Under the pieces are notes generated by a model, which saw only the letters and a list, made by a program, of their open reading frames with translations, did not search any database and was not told the DNA's origin. Positions 1-11,900 of a stretch of DNA of 64,000 bases are shown here, piece after piece. The stretch lies in the NCBI GenBank assembly GCA_051294905.1, contig CM119372.1:7814001-7878000 (forward strand), given 5' to 3'. Within the stretch, counting starts at the first letter, position 1. Each line of letters begins with the position of its first letter. Made by a program: the position numbers and the translations under genes. The stretch is from Botryllus schlosseri (taxonomy: Eukaryota).

Positions 1-186
1 AATCAAGGTTTCAAGGCTTCAACAGGGAAAATTAGTATCAAAACTAAAATTCTCGTTGATAACTTAACTTTCATTGACGAGGAGCATATAATTCCTGTGC
101 TTGAAAAAATCGTCTTTTACTACTCGACTCGAATTATTAAAATTATCAATTCAGGTTCGAGTACTCGAATTATTGTGCCCAGCCCG
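1..186. mobile_element. Right end of a MITE-like repeat, same family as 40623-41086
   Basis: Bases 1-135 align by eye with ~40940-41075 (ggttt-aaggcttc...ttcgttgata...). The end gcccagccc matches the inverted gggctgggc at 40625. Confidence 0.55.
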
Positions 187-938
187 AGTAATAAGTACCA
201 GTTCAGCTGACGTATGCTGCGAGATATTTGGGACCGGTAACTAGTGTAGGTAGAGAAGAGCGACAATATCGGAGGCAAGTGGTTTACCGATGGAGGTGGT
301 GCAACATTGTTCAAAACGCTTTGGTGACATACCACCGTGCGTGAGTACACGATGTACGCATAGGACTCCTAAATTGCGCAAGCGTCGTTTAATGGTGAAA
401 ACTACATCGTACGACCAATTTAGGATCGGCCATACTTGATATACAACTAAAAACGTTCTGGCAATTGCGCACAAGCCTGTAGCGTCAATGCTACAACAAT
501 GGAATAGGCGTAGCCTGGAGACGAAAGAAATAAACTTGAACGAATATATTTTCATCTGTGACCTCAAAAATATTTTCACGTACATTCAACTCTTCAATTG
601 CCGTTCCCAAATTTCCATTCCGGCTACGCCTATGCTGGTTACAATCAGTTACAACTCAATAATGGTATGTTGTGATCTCGAAATGACGCAACGGTGATGT
701 CATGATCGAAAATCAATAGGGATATAAAGCAAAAGGTCACGGATTTGATTAGTAAAATGTATGATCGGCCGAAAATCGATGGTTGTTGGCTGCCTCGACA
801 AAATTCTTCGCGATCGATAGGTTGGGGATCCACTGATTACTTTCGAGTTTCTATATAGTATCCCTATCTCTAAAATGCCGAATATTTGCCGATATGGCAT
901 TATCCGGATTCTGGAACTGTACGGTATCAGGCTACTCG

Positions 939-2156
939 TCAACGCCGATCAGGCCACTCGAGTTTGACGAGCCCCGCGGCGGCGTAGGATCCTACAATAA
1001 ACTTGCCTTCCGCGTATTCATGAAACTCCGACATAGCGCTGCAGTGCTTCCCGCTTTTATCAAAATGTATGCTCTGGACCGCGAAATCTTTGGAAATCTT
1101 GACCGCGGCGCCAGAAGTCGAGAAGCGAGCGACAGTCAAGTAAAATAAGTAATCGTGGCTTATCAAACCTCCCATGATGTCTCTGACGACGGGGAATTTC
1201 TCGGTGTAAAACCATTGCGGTCCGCCGAATGCTGCAATCGGCGCCCAATAGCCCCCCGACACGGACCGTCTGATGTTGTCAGACCCTCCGGGAAGCAGTA
1301 TCGTGTTGACTTTCTCGCTAGTCGCAACGTTAAAAACAGATATACGTTTTCTGGCAAATTCGGACACGAGAATTTTGCTTTCGTCAGCGCTCAACTCCAA
1401 ACCGTTCGGCAGGCATAGATTGTCTTTCCAAACGCGGAATTGATTCGTTTCCAAGTCTACTTTGATGATCCGTCCCGAACAATCTCCTTCGGTTATCATC
1501 CAGGCTGCTTCGGAAAACGTCCAACGCGCGCTGCTGTCGACGAAATACAGAGTCCTCCCGTTCTTTGTAATCGCCAAATCGTTCGGTAACATCAACGGCG
1601 GCGTTGTGTCCTTGTAACCGACGATGTTTTGCCATTGCAAGCTTGTTAGGTCTATGGAAAAAACGCCCTGAAAGGAATCTGCCACGTACAGCTTGTTGGC
1701 GAAATATCTGATTCCAAAGACTCGCCTCGTCGAGCGATCGCCACCCGCCGTATACGCGACATTTTGCGTGATGTCGACTACTGTTTGTTCGGGTTCTCCG
1801 AAGTTGATAATCTTCACAATTCTACCGTCCACCAGTCCGGTGTATAGATTCCCAGAATCGTCAATAGAAATTGACTCGGGAGCGATCAAGTCGTCCAAGA
1901 ATCTCACTCCTCGTTCGAGGTCTTTGTTGCTTTGCTTTGCCCAACTAGGAATCTTGTGGTTATCAACAATTGATATCGACGACAGTGGTGATGTCAGGTA
2001 GCCGTAACAAAGTACTGACATCAGTACTGCACATAACAGGATTATTGCTCTTGAGAAAAGCTCGCCTGTCTTACGCGAGCTGGTATCATAACTTTCTGTC
2101 TCACGCGACTGCGTATTTTTGGCAGCCTTTCGCCTACGTACTGTATTTGCATCCAT
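939..2156 (-). CDS. APMAP: Adipocyte plasma membrane-associated protein-like (strictosidine synthase-like beta-propeller), intronless, type II membrane protein
   Basis: 405-aa ORF. Basic N-terminus (VRRRK), one TM helix (AIILLCAVLMSVLCYGYL), and family motifs APESI, GNLYTGLVDGRIV, PNDL, LYFVDSS, LPNGLELS, LPGGSDNIR. Confidence 0.85.
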   Translation of the reverse strand: MDANTVRRRKAAKNTQSRETESYDTSSRKTGELFSRAIILLCAVLMSVLCYGYLTSPLSSISIVDNHKIPSWAKQSNKDLERGVRFLDDLIAPESISIDDSGNLYTGLVDGRIVKIINFGEPEQTVVDITQNVAYTAGGDRSTRRVFGIRYFANKLYVADSFQGVFSIDLTSLQWQNIVGYKDTTPPLMLPNDLAITKNGRTLYFVDSSARWTFSEAAWMITEGDCSGRIIKVDLETNQFRVWKDNLCLPNGLELSADESKILVSEFARKRISVFNVATSEKVNTILLPGGSDNIRRSVSGGYWAPIAAFGGPQWFYTEKFPVVRDIMGGLISHDYLFYLTVARFSTSGAAVKISKDFAVQSIHFDKSGKHCSAMSEFHEYAEGKFIVGSYAAAGLVKLEWPDRR

Positions 2157-2775
2157 GCTTTACTTATGCACCTGTTGCGACACCGATTGTTGTCTATCAA
2201 ACTAGATTCGATTCGTAACCGTCGGCAATCGACATGCACAGATTAAGCTAACGATGATTCAGCACAATGAATATGAAATATTTGTCCAGCGAAGATGTGT
2301 TTGCGGATATATGAAACTCAAATATAGTCGACACTGTCGAAGTCGCGAGTACCGTTTTGTTCCAATTACTTGACAACACATGGATCGAGTAATGGTCCTT
2401 GAATTTCAATTCATATCAGTCGTTGCGTCACGATAGTAACAAGAAGGAAACTTTAACGCAAAACTTAATTGAAGAGGAATCTTGCGACGCCATACTGATT
2501 TTTGATTATTTCGCCTGACACGTTTTGTTAATTACAATAAATGACTCGCTTCTGCCACTGCTACGAGATGCCCACAGATACCAGATGAGACGGAAATGGT
2601 GTATTTGGGTCCGTGTTCGCGGGCCCCGAAGATCGTCTGAACAGTGTTCAGTGTACAGGTACACAGGGTTGTTCAAAAATAACTTTTTTTTTCAAATTCA
2701 ACTTGCTTAGTGATAAAATTGTTTCGTTGCCTGAAAAAACGCTACACACTAACGACTTGTTACAACACCCTATGA

Positions 2776-4767
2776 TAGGGATGTTAAACTGAAATTGCGT
2801 CGCGGTCCGGATTCATATCTTCAGAACACTAGCGGGTCGGACCAGTCTAATGATTCTAAAATGCTACCTCTAAATCCATGCCATTGTTTATTCGTTTGAT
2901 TACTCAAATATCAAGCTTATTAACATAATAATAATGACCATAGGGTTCTATTCTATCAAGGTATTCTATAAACCCCTCTATTCGCAAACAGTGCAATTGG
3001 CAAAAATACGATGATTGGCCGATTGAATAGTTATATATACTACTAAAACAGTGGCCTTTTTTATTTTATAATTTTCATCTGAACAAGTTACACACAATGT
3101 ACAATGCGATAAGACACAATGCGATGTAATGAACAGATAAGAGGATGTCGAACGACACGCATCAGTAGCGATCCTTTACTCTAACATCCACCTCGGTCTA
3201 GAGCAGGGGTGGGCAACATACGGCCCGCGGGCCGGATCCGGCCCGCGAAGGGATTTTGTCCGGCCCGCGGACAGTTTTCCGTTTTACATGATAATGTGGC
3301 CCGCGGCCCTAGTCTGCCGAGATTTCCCACTACTTGCTTACAATGTCAAATTTTAGAGACTGCATAGTGCATGTTATTATATACGTATGTCGTATATGCG
3401 CAGCGTGCTAGAGTGGAGTTTACGTGTAATTTCGTCGAAGCGAGAAGACTTGCATTATCGGCATTTGCGATGTACTCAACCCTAATGTCGTTTGTGGTGA
3501 TCATGGTGTTTGTCGACTACAATGGTCAATTACACCAGGTTGATATTTATTATTTTTCATTCTGCAACCGCCGACTTGTAGCACGGCACACTTCTAGGCT
3601 TTTCTAAGACGAAAACACTGCTTATACCAGGGGTCGCCAACTCAAAACGGGTCACGGGCCACTTTTCAAATTTCGTAGAGGTCGCGGACCTCATGAATTC
3701 ATTATCGAGATTTCTCAGGCCACACAGTTGAACAACGATGCTATCTCGTCACCTACTCAACCCTAACGAATATATGTGTTGGTAAATTAGGGGTACCGGG
3801 GTTATCGAACTCCTTGAAATCTTAATTGAGAATTGCACCGTGTGTTGATTGATCAGATAGAAGCAGACATGGCGGCGCCTGTATGACAATGCTATTCTCA
3901 AATCCACATTGTCTTCGTCATTATCGGCGAGAAATGGCTTTGAAGTGACATTACTGTCGTTAAAATGTATTCAATAAATGCGATTTATTCCTTGTATATG
4001 TGGAATGTGGATAAATGGGCGAATATTGTATCGATTCAGCAATCCGGCCCGCCAAGTACTTAATTTTCCTATATCCGGCCCGCCGACTCGAGAAGTTGCC
4101 CGCCCCTGGTCTAGAGCGCCCGATGTCACAGTTCTTTTCGATGTTGATCTTTTTGAAGCCGAGGCCCTTTCTACTAGTTTTTTCCATTCCTTGTGAGTGC
4201 TATCTTTATTCGGGTCTTTCTCTGTTTTTTTTGTCGCTGTAGAGGGGAGACCGACGACATACGTTGGCATATTGCTATGATTGCTTTGTTTTAGTCGTAA
4301 TCCGACAATATAGTCACGACGAGTATGCCTGTGCGTAGTGAGGAATACAAACGATTTAACCGTAAACGCAGACGTTATGAAATTTTGTTCATTATATCGC
4401 GAATCCAGTTTCTAACTGACGTTTTCACTTCTGCACATAACTACTTTTGGTCCGTTTTCCCATTAAACTGTGAAATCAATGTGCATTTTTTGCCTTCTCG
4501 GAATTGGTGTCAATGGGAGTGGCAGCAACGTTCCTAATGGTTACCAGAGCGAAACCACAACACTGCTTTCGGATGGTTAAAATGTGGCCTATGAACATGA
4601 ATTTGAACATACTCGACATTTTCTATATTGAGGGATTTTTAATGAAAGTATTTCGTACTCAAAATTTCAACATTTGTTAGAAATGTGCGGGATAACACAG
4701 ACATTTTTCAGAGTCGCGTCGGTGGCCGGATGAAACCGTCTGGCGGGCCGTATGTTTGACACCCCTG
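2776..4767. mobile_element. hAT-like non-autonomous element (outer member of a nest)
   Basis: Ends tagggatgttaaac / gtttgacacccctg; perfect 8-bp TSD ccctatga at 2768-2775 and 4768-4775. Confidence 0.8.
3204..4108. mobile_element. hAT-like MITE inserted in a LINE 3'-tail fragment
   Basis: TIRs caggggtgggcaac / gttgcccgcccctg; ggcccgc subterminal repeats; perfect TSD gtctagag (3196-3203, 4109-4116). Same family as 57583-57999. Confidence 0.85.
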
Positions 4768-5056
4768 CCCTATGATAAGACATCGAATGAGTGACATCTT
4801 GAATTTAACCAAGTGTACCATAACACTTGTCAATAAAATGAACAAAATTTTTGTTGGCAGAACATCTAGGAGCCTTTTCTGGGGTTTACAAGGTTGCTGG
4901 TTACGAATATCACATTAGTTTTACCATATTGGCTCTAGAAAAGAAGATATTTATACCCCTAAAAAGCTTAGAATCACTGTATTTACCCTTGAATATTTCA
5001 CTTGGTAGTAAGTAAATCTAAGATTTTTCTACTTTTATGCTGCGCATAAATAGATA

Positions 5057-7060
5057 ATCAATCAATCAATCAGGTTTATTAATATTTTCATCGTTTCAAA
5101 ACATCACAAGACTGCGATACAATGAAAAAGATAGGATGGTGTCGAAACAAATTGGAGTAGCCTTTAAGATCAGACACCCACCATAGCCTAGGCGAAGTAA
5201 ATATGAGGCATGCACACTGAATGAGAAGTAATGCAGAAAATATAATACGCAAGCGACGAAATGGTCGAAGTTGGGTCGTGGCCCGGTAGTCCTGAAGACT
5301 GGCTAGTATTCATTTAGAAAAAATTGCTTGTATTTCGACTTGAATGCGGACATGCTCAACGACTGTCGGATAGCCGGTGAGATGCTGCTCCACAATCGGG
5401 GTCAATTGTGCGCTTTTGTCTCCGAGGTGAAGTAGTCGTTGAAATTTGAGGGACATTAACAGCAATGGAACTGATACATAAACTTGGAAACTTCTAGCTT
5501 CCTCATATCTTCTATGTTTAGAACACCAAATCTTTTCAGAAGCTATATATCCGTTGCACATCCAGGCCCCCGTGGGGATTTGGTAATGATACGGAGGATC
5601 CGATGTTGAAGTTTTTGCAGTGGGTCAATTGTATTCTTGCAGGCAGCACCCCAACAACGGATTCCGTATTGTAACTTTGATAAGAATAGAGTTTTGAAGA
5701 GTATCAACAGCACGCTGACTGGCAGAGTGTAGCTAAGGAGGAAAAATAGACCACATACCTTCGATAGTTGTGGTTTGAGTGATTGTATGTGACTCTTCCA
5801 GCGGACATGTCCGAATCCAGTAAAACACCAAGGTATTTGGCATTTTTAGTTTTGGAAATTTGTTGGCCAGAGATGTCAACGGTTAGGTTATCGCAATAGT
5901 TCACGACCAGTAATTGGGATTTCGAAGCATTAACCCGAATGCTATTATGGGACGTCCACTCATGCACGGGTGACGGCATTTAAGCTTGCGGTAGCAGGTG
6001 CGTGAGATAGAGGTGAGTATCGTTAGCGAACAGACTGGTATTCAATGATGAGGTTTCAAAGATATCATTGACATATAAAGTAAAAAGGACCGGTCCAAGA
6101 ACAGAGCCTTGCGGAACATCACAGGTTACAAGGTGGGGAGAGGACAAAGTGTTGGATATCGAAACCATTTGATATCACCCTGTCAGGTAGCTTTTCATGA
6201 GCTCTAGTTGTGAACCCCGGAACCCGTTGCGAGCCAATTTCGAGAGAAGAATACTGTGATCGACGCAGTAAAAAAAATGCTACACCCCACACTTCGTTTC
6301 TCCAAGATCTCCTAGTACTGTTCGGCCACTGTTAGCAGGGCATGCGAGGTTTGATGCTTTTTGCGGAAGCCGAATTGTTGTGGAAAAATGATAGACATCT
6401 TGGCGAGGAATGAAGATAGGCGGGAGATGAGCAATTTTTCGAACACAATTCCAATACACGGTAGGACAGATATAGGTCGGTAGTTGGTGACATTAGTTCT
6501 ATCTCCGGCTTTGTAAACCGGGACAACCCTGGCGGTTTTCAGATAATTTGGGTAGACACCATTTTTTATCATGAAATTGAAAAAAATGAGCGATGAGATG
6601 GCCGATAGGCGAATCAGTTAAAATATCCAGGCTGGAATTAGATCATATCCAACTGCCTTGTTAGATTTAAGTTCGTGAATGGCAAGTAGGCTAGGCTACC
6701 GCTTCTGTGGAGGTTGCAGGCTCGAGCATGATGAATTGGGATACTGATTTAACCTCAGGCCTGGCCGACGCAGGTTTAGAAATAGATGAGGCGATATTAG
6801 GCCCCACATTGCAAAAATATTCATTGAAGTAATTTGAGATGGCCGCAGGATCTGTCAGATTGTCCCCGGTAGTCGAGTTCGTGATTTCCGAGACAGGTCT
6901 GGTGCGTTTTTCTGGTGCAAGAGTAATTTAATTCTTGACCAGGTTTTGTGAGTGTCCTTCTTATGTTTGTTGAAGAATTTCTGCGTTAGCTTTCACTTTT
7001 GCCTTGGAGATATGATGGCCGATGAGATTTCTGAAGCGTCGAAATCTTTCTCGTTCGTCT
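5057..7060 (-). mobile_element. Decayed, 5'-truncated non-LTR retrotransposon (CR1/L2-group LINE), reverse transcriptase pseudogene
   Basis: Frameshifted pieces ARVVPVYKAGDRTNVTNYRPISVL...QQFGFRK, DVPQGSVLGPVLFTLYVND, LFANDT (degenerate catalytic motif), KYLGVLLD. The 3' end is a (TGAT)n tail at ~5057-5072. Confidence 0.9.
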
Positions 7061-7859
7061 TGTGGGTATACTTAGTTCGTCTTGTGAGTATAACTAGTAT
7101 ACCTAGTATCCATATCAAACGAGAAGCTTAAATCTGCAATCTTTGATGGATCTCAGATTCGAATACGGACTGATGATTACAATTTCATATTAAGAAAGGT
7201 GTCACTGCATGGGATCCCTTCTATAGGATGTAGTAAAAAAAATTTTGAAAGATCACAAAGCACATAACTACAAACAGTTGGTCCGAGAATTGGTGTCTGC
7301 ATATTATGGACACCTTGGAGCAAACATGAGCATTAAATCTCACTTCCTGTTCAGTCATCTTGAAATATTTTCTGATAATATTGTTGATTAGAGGGAATAG
7401 AAAGGGGAAACGTTCCTCCAATACATCAAAACATCAAAAGAAAGATATCAGTGCAGATGCCGCGAACATATTATGGCAGACTATTGCTGGAACCTTTCGA
7501 AAAACTGCACTAAATTGCTTACAAAATAGTACAAGGACTAATTTTGCTTCAAGATAAGTTATTAATATTATAATCCAACTGATTTTTTTTCAATTTAAAA
7601 TAGGTGATTGACATAAAACTGATTCAATTAAGGCAACGTTATTCGAGTATTTTGGTAAATACTTATATACATGATTGAAGTTTATTTACCTACATGATAT
7701 CCGTGAAAGTGTTCAATTATGAAAATTATCTAATACCCCGAAATATAATTCTATTGTTGTATTTTGATCAAAAACGACAGTCTTCAGCGTGTCCAAATAA
7801 CAAGTAGATTGAATTTCTCAACTTTTAGTACGAATGAGCCGATTTTTTTTTATTTAGCC

Positions 7860-8556
7860 CAAGGGTGGCCAACCTTTTCAGTCAAAGGGCCACATTCGAT
7901 GGACGAACTACTGCGCGGGCCACTAGCCGCGCCAAGCGCGAAAATGTTTTGAAGTTCATATAGGTTAATAATATAGTCACTTGACTATATTGCGGGCTTG
8001 CTGTATATCGCTATGCTCAGTTTGCCAGGACTGGGCTATTCGGCGCCTGGACATATCGATATCGAAAGCTTCGACCAACATGCGTCAATGATTTTGTGCC
8101 CAGGTTTCATAGTCGACGGTCTTTCTGCGAGCGTAAACGCAAGGTCGCATATGTTGAACGACACTTTGTCTCGTAATCGCGAATATAGTTAGACTCAATC
8201 TGATACATTAGGAGTTCTTTCATTTTCACAAAGGGGCAACAATATTAAAAGCAAGAAATCCAGTGACAACATGATGTGCGAAGCGTGTAGAAAATTTTTA
8301 CTTTTGAAAAATCTATCGCAAATAATTCTGCTTTGTTGGAGTGTACGAAGATCTACCAATATCTGACTGGCTCATGGATCTGCCAATGCTTCGGAACTGA
8401 TATTTTAGTCTTCACATCTCAAGTATTGCGGCCAGGCTAATCAAACTTTTGATTGGCCTTGTAAGTTCACAATCTGTGTATTCCATTTTTGAGAATATTA
8501 GAAATTTCGGAAATTACCTCGCGGGCCACTCAAAACCTTCTCGCGGGCCACAAATA
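7860..8556. mobile_element. Truncated hAT-like MITE
   Basis: Left end caagggtggccaacc...gggccaca and cgcgggccac subterminal repeats at both ends; right TIR not found. Confidence 0.5.
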
Positions 8557-8949
8557 GAGCCAATTTGGATAAAAAACGAAGGTCATATTCGTAGTCAGTG
8601 TCCTTCAGAACCCCCAAATTCCAAGGACTGCGAGTTCAGTGATTTCAATAAGTTGGCGACAAAATAGTAAGCTCTGTCAATTTTAATTAACATACGTGTG
8701 TAAATGTGTATAGACATTGTATGCATATTTATTCGGAATCAGCGGTGAGATACCATGTGACGACCAGAACCTTTCAGTAGTTCGCACCATATACCGACGT
8801 CTCGCCCCCACTCCTCAAATATCAAAGTCCAACATACACTTCATAATTCTTCAATTTACATAAAAACGCATAACACAAGCCGCAATATGTAATTTGTTAT
8901 ATTACGTGGTATTTGGCTGAATCACACGGATCGAAATCGCGCATAACGA

Positions 8950-11900
8950 TCAATCGGATCCGTCACCTGACGTCGAATCTTGTGTGTTCGTTTCGATCCA
9001 ATCAACGAAACTCGACACCTGAAACAGTGAGTAATGAGATTCACAATATGATTAATATTGGTCTGTGACGGGCAAGAAAATCTAACCTAAATACAATTCA
9101 TACTGGGTTTGGGCAGAATCGAGTATAGGCCTACCCAGGGATTTGATTTCGAGACGAGTGTTTGACCATCTGTTATTATAACGTCATATATTTAACGACG
9201 ATATGCAAACTTAAAATTTGTGCCTTTTGTGCAAGATGTAGAAACCACACCTATAACGTCGATAATCACAATGGGTGCATAATTCCGGTACCAATAAAAT
9301 CGTCATCAATATCTGTGGGGTCATACATGAGATACTGATGCACATTTTTGACTTTACAAGCAAAGCGGACTGTTTTTATAGTTCCTATTGTGGCGGACCC
9401 CTGGTCCCATTAACGCAATGCATCTGATGTGATGGAAATAGAACACTTTCTTAGTAACAATTTACCACGTGATCGTCCTACTACTCACCATATCACGGCA
9501 ACTTACTTCGTACTTCGATATTCTCTCATCATTGCATGGTGCATCCTGAGTAGGCCAAAATAAACTGGTTTTCATGGTTTTAGGATATGAGACTCTTTTA
9601 CGGTACCAACGACAATGGCGTATGAATAAACTGTATTGAGTGTATCTGTGGATTGGGAATTCACTACCAGGATAGCAACGGACATAGGCCAAGTTTATTA
9701 CCGGTACAGCGCAGCCCATAATATTTGGTTAACTACCATTGTACTTCAGTCAGGCAAATCCGTCAAATCTGCAGCACTATTTAACCTGACTCGATGAAAT
9801 CTGAACCAAGCATCCTTTATAATAGCTATAGTGTTCTGGTCCATGTGCGATACAAGTAGCAACCATAATAGTGACTCTAAAATTCGTTGTGTCGGTCACG
9901 TACATGTGATGAACGTATAGTCGACCTTAACGACCCACCCAAATTTCCATCTTTTGAAACCGCCAGCAAACTTCGGCTTATAAACGCATACATTGCGAAT
10001 GCACATTACTTACCCGAGTAAACAGGGCCGGCGTGTTTCTTCTCCCACAGTCAGGGCGTATTGATATGCCGAGAACCTCATATTGTTTGGTTTCCAAATT
10101 TTTGTGGAACATCGGTCCACCTTCATCTTTCTGCATAAAAGCAACGTTTCAACAAGTAAGAGCGACTGGTTGAATTTTCCTATTTCGCAAGGAGCGATGT
10201 TTGCAGTCGATGAATATAGAGTTTATGGGAGGATGAAGGCATGTCATTATTATCGCTGATACTACTCAGTACACTGGGACCAAGTCTGTAATTTTGAATC
10301 AAAATTCATTTCAAAGGGTACCGCGGTCGAACGGTCAAAGGTCTGAAAAACATTTTGCCAGCAGTTATTTTACAAAGAAACCAACAGTATTAGAACTGCA
10401 GCTAAAGGGTTTTTACGTAAGACACCATTTCAGTCTGTCGATCTATGATAGCGAGGTAACGCGTCATCGATTCTTAACCCTTTGCCATATTTATGACATG
10501 CATATCAACACTGTAGCATTTTCTAGACTCGGTCGAGACGGGGATTGGATTTCAGATAGTTTTCAGCCGATATTACAATACCACAGCGGTTTAGTTACAG
10601 TAATTAGGCATCAGTAAATAGGCATGCACCGTACGGCACGCTACTGGGCTCAACGGGTGGCGTTCAGCCAAATACATTTGTGTGCAGCACCAATCCCTTT
10701 TCAGTCGAGACCACAGAGTATCTAGAAAGCAGTGCCCTTTTAAAAATACGTGTGAACCATTTCAATTTATTAGGTATGTACGGGTTCAATGGGTCAGAAT
10801 CCCCAATCAAAACAATATCATATGGCTCCATGTCGTTTTATTAAACGTGATAACCCATACACATAATATTCAAGAGTTATTACTTATTATCCATCTTAAC
10901 TCGACTATAGCCTAGTATAAGAAATTTATTAAGAACAGTTAGCTTGATGCGGATGTTATGCTGCAGTAAACGATATGGTTGTAGCGAATTGAGTATTGAG
11001 CAACACCATAATAATATACGCCTCTACCCTGCATGCAGATGGATTCTTCTTTCCTCCACATAGCATGGTGTCGGTCAGACCCATGAGATCCCGCTGGCAA
11101 TTAATGTTGCGATAGATAAATGTGTTTTTTGACAGGAGAATGGAGCTTGCTGGCGCCCAGGCTGTAAATGGAGAAATTATGTATGCACCCAATTCATTAA
11201 CGCGTAACTTCCCATTTATACGAGGAAAGTAAGTAGCGCTCCTTCTCAAAGTATTTTTGGGGTACTGTCTTACGAATAGAGCACCATTATATACTGACTT
11301 TTAACTTTCAACTTTGATTATTATCAAGTTTGATTCCAACGTTTTGTTGCGTTACATGCAGTGCGCAACACAGTCACTGATTCTCCATAAACCCGTGTTT
11401 TGCGCAGTTATTTCAATCTTCGAAGTCGAGTGTGCGACTGGAGACTCCATTCTCGAATTACATCACCTATTACGATGTCGTCTACGCTACCAACAATATA
11501 GTCGGTTAAAGGTATTAATGAGGAATCCTACTCAGCGAATGCAGGAGAATATCTCCTTGTGGCTATTTTCAAATCTCATTACCTTTCGGCTTTCCCCAGC
11601 CTGCGATTTTGGTAACTCCCCTCGTAACGTCGGAAACCGGTAAACATATTGGAGACATATATGTGGTTCGCTCGTATGCCTCAGAAAGCTGTAAAAGTAA
11701 AATAGCACACTTACAGCAACGTGTCTATAACAATAATAAGTTTCACTGGGTGTTTGGTGCAAATTAAGAGCATTCTGAATTTACAGAGAATGGTTCATTT
11801 TAACTATAGTCAGCGACGACATTAAATCTATATTTGTCCGTTATTCAGGCTACGTGTTTTCCTTCTGTAATTATTTCGACAGCTGTTAGTCTTTTTCGGG

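Noticed and set aside
241..585. 114-aa minus-strand ORF
   Set aside because: No recognisable domain or splice context.
894..2239. Several ORFs overlapping APMAP on either strand
   Set aside because: Shadow frames of the real CDS with no motifs.
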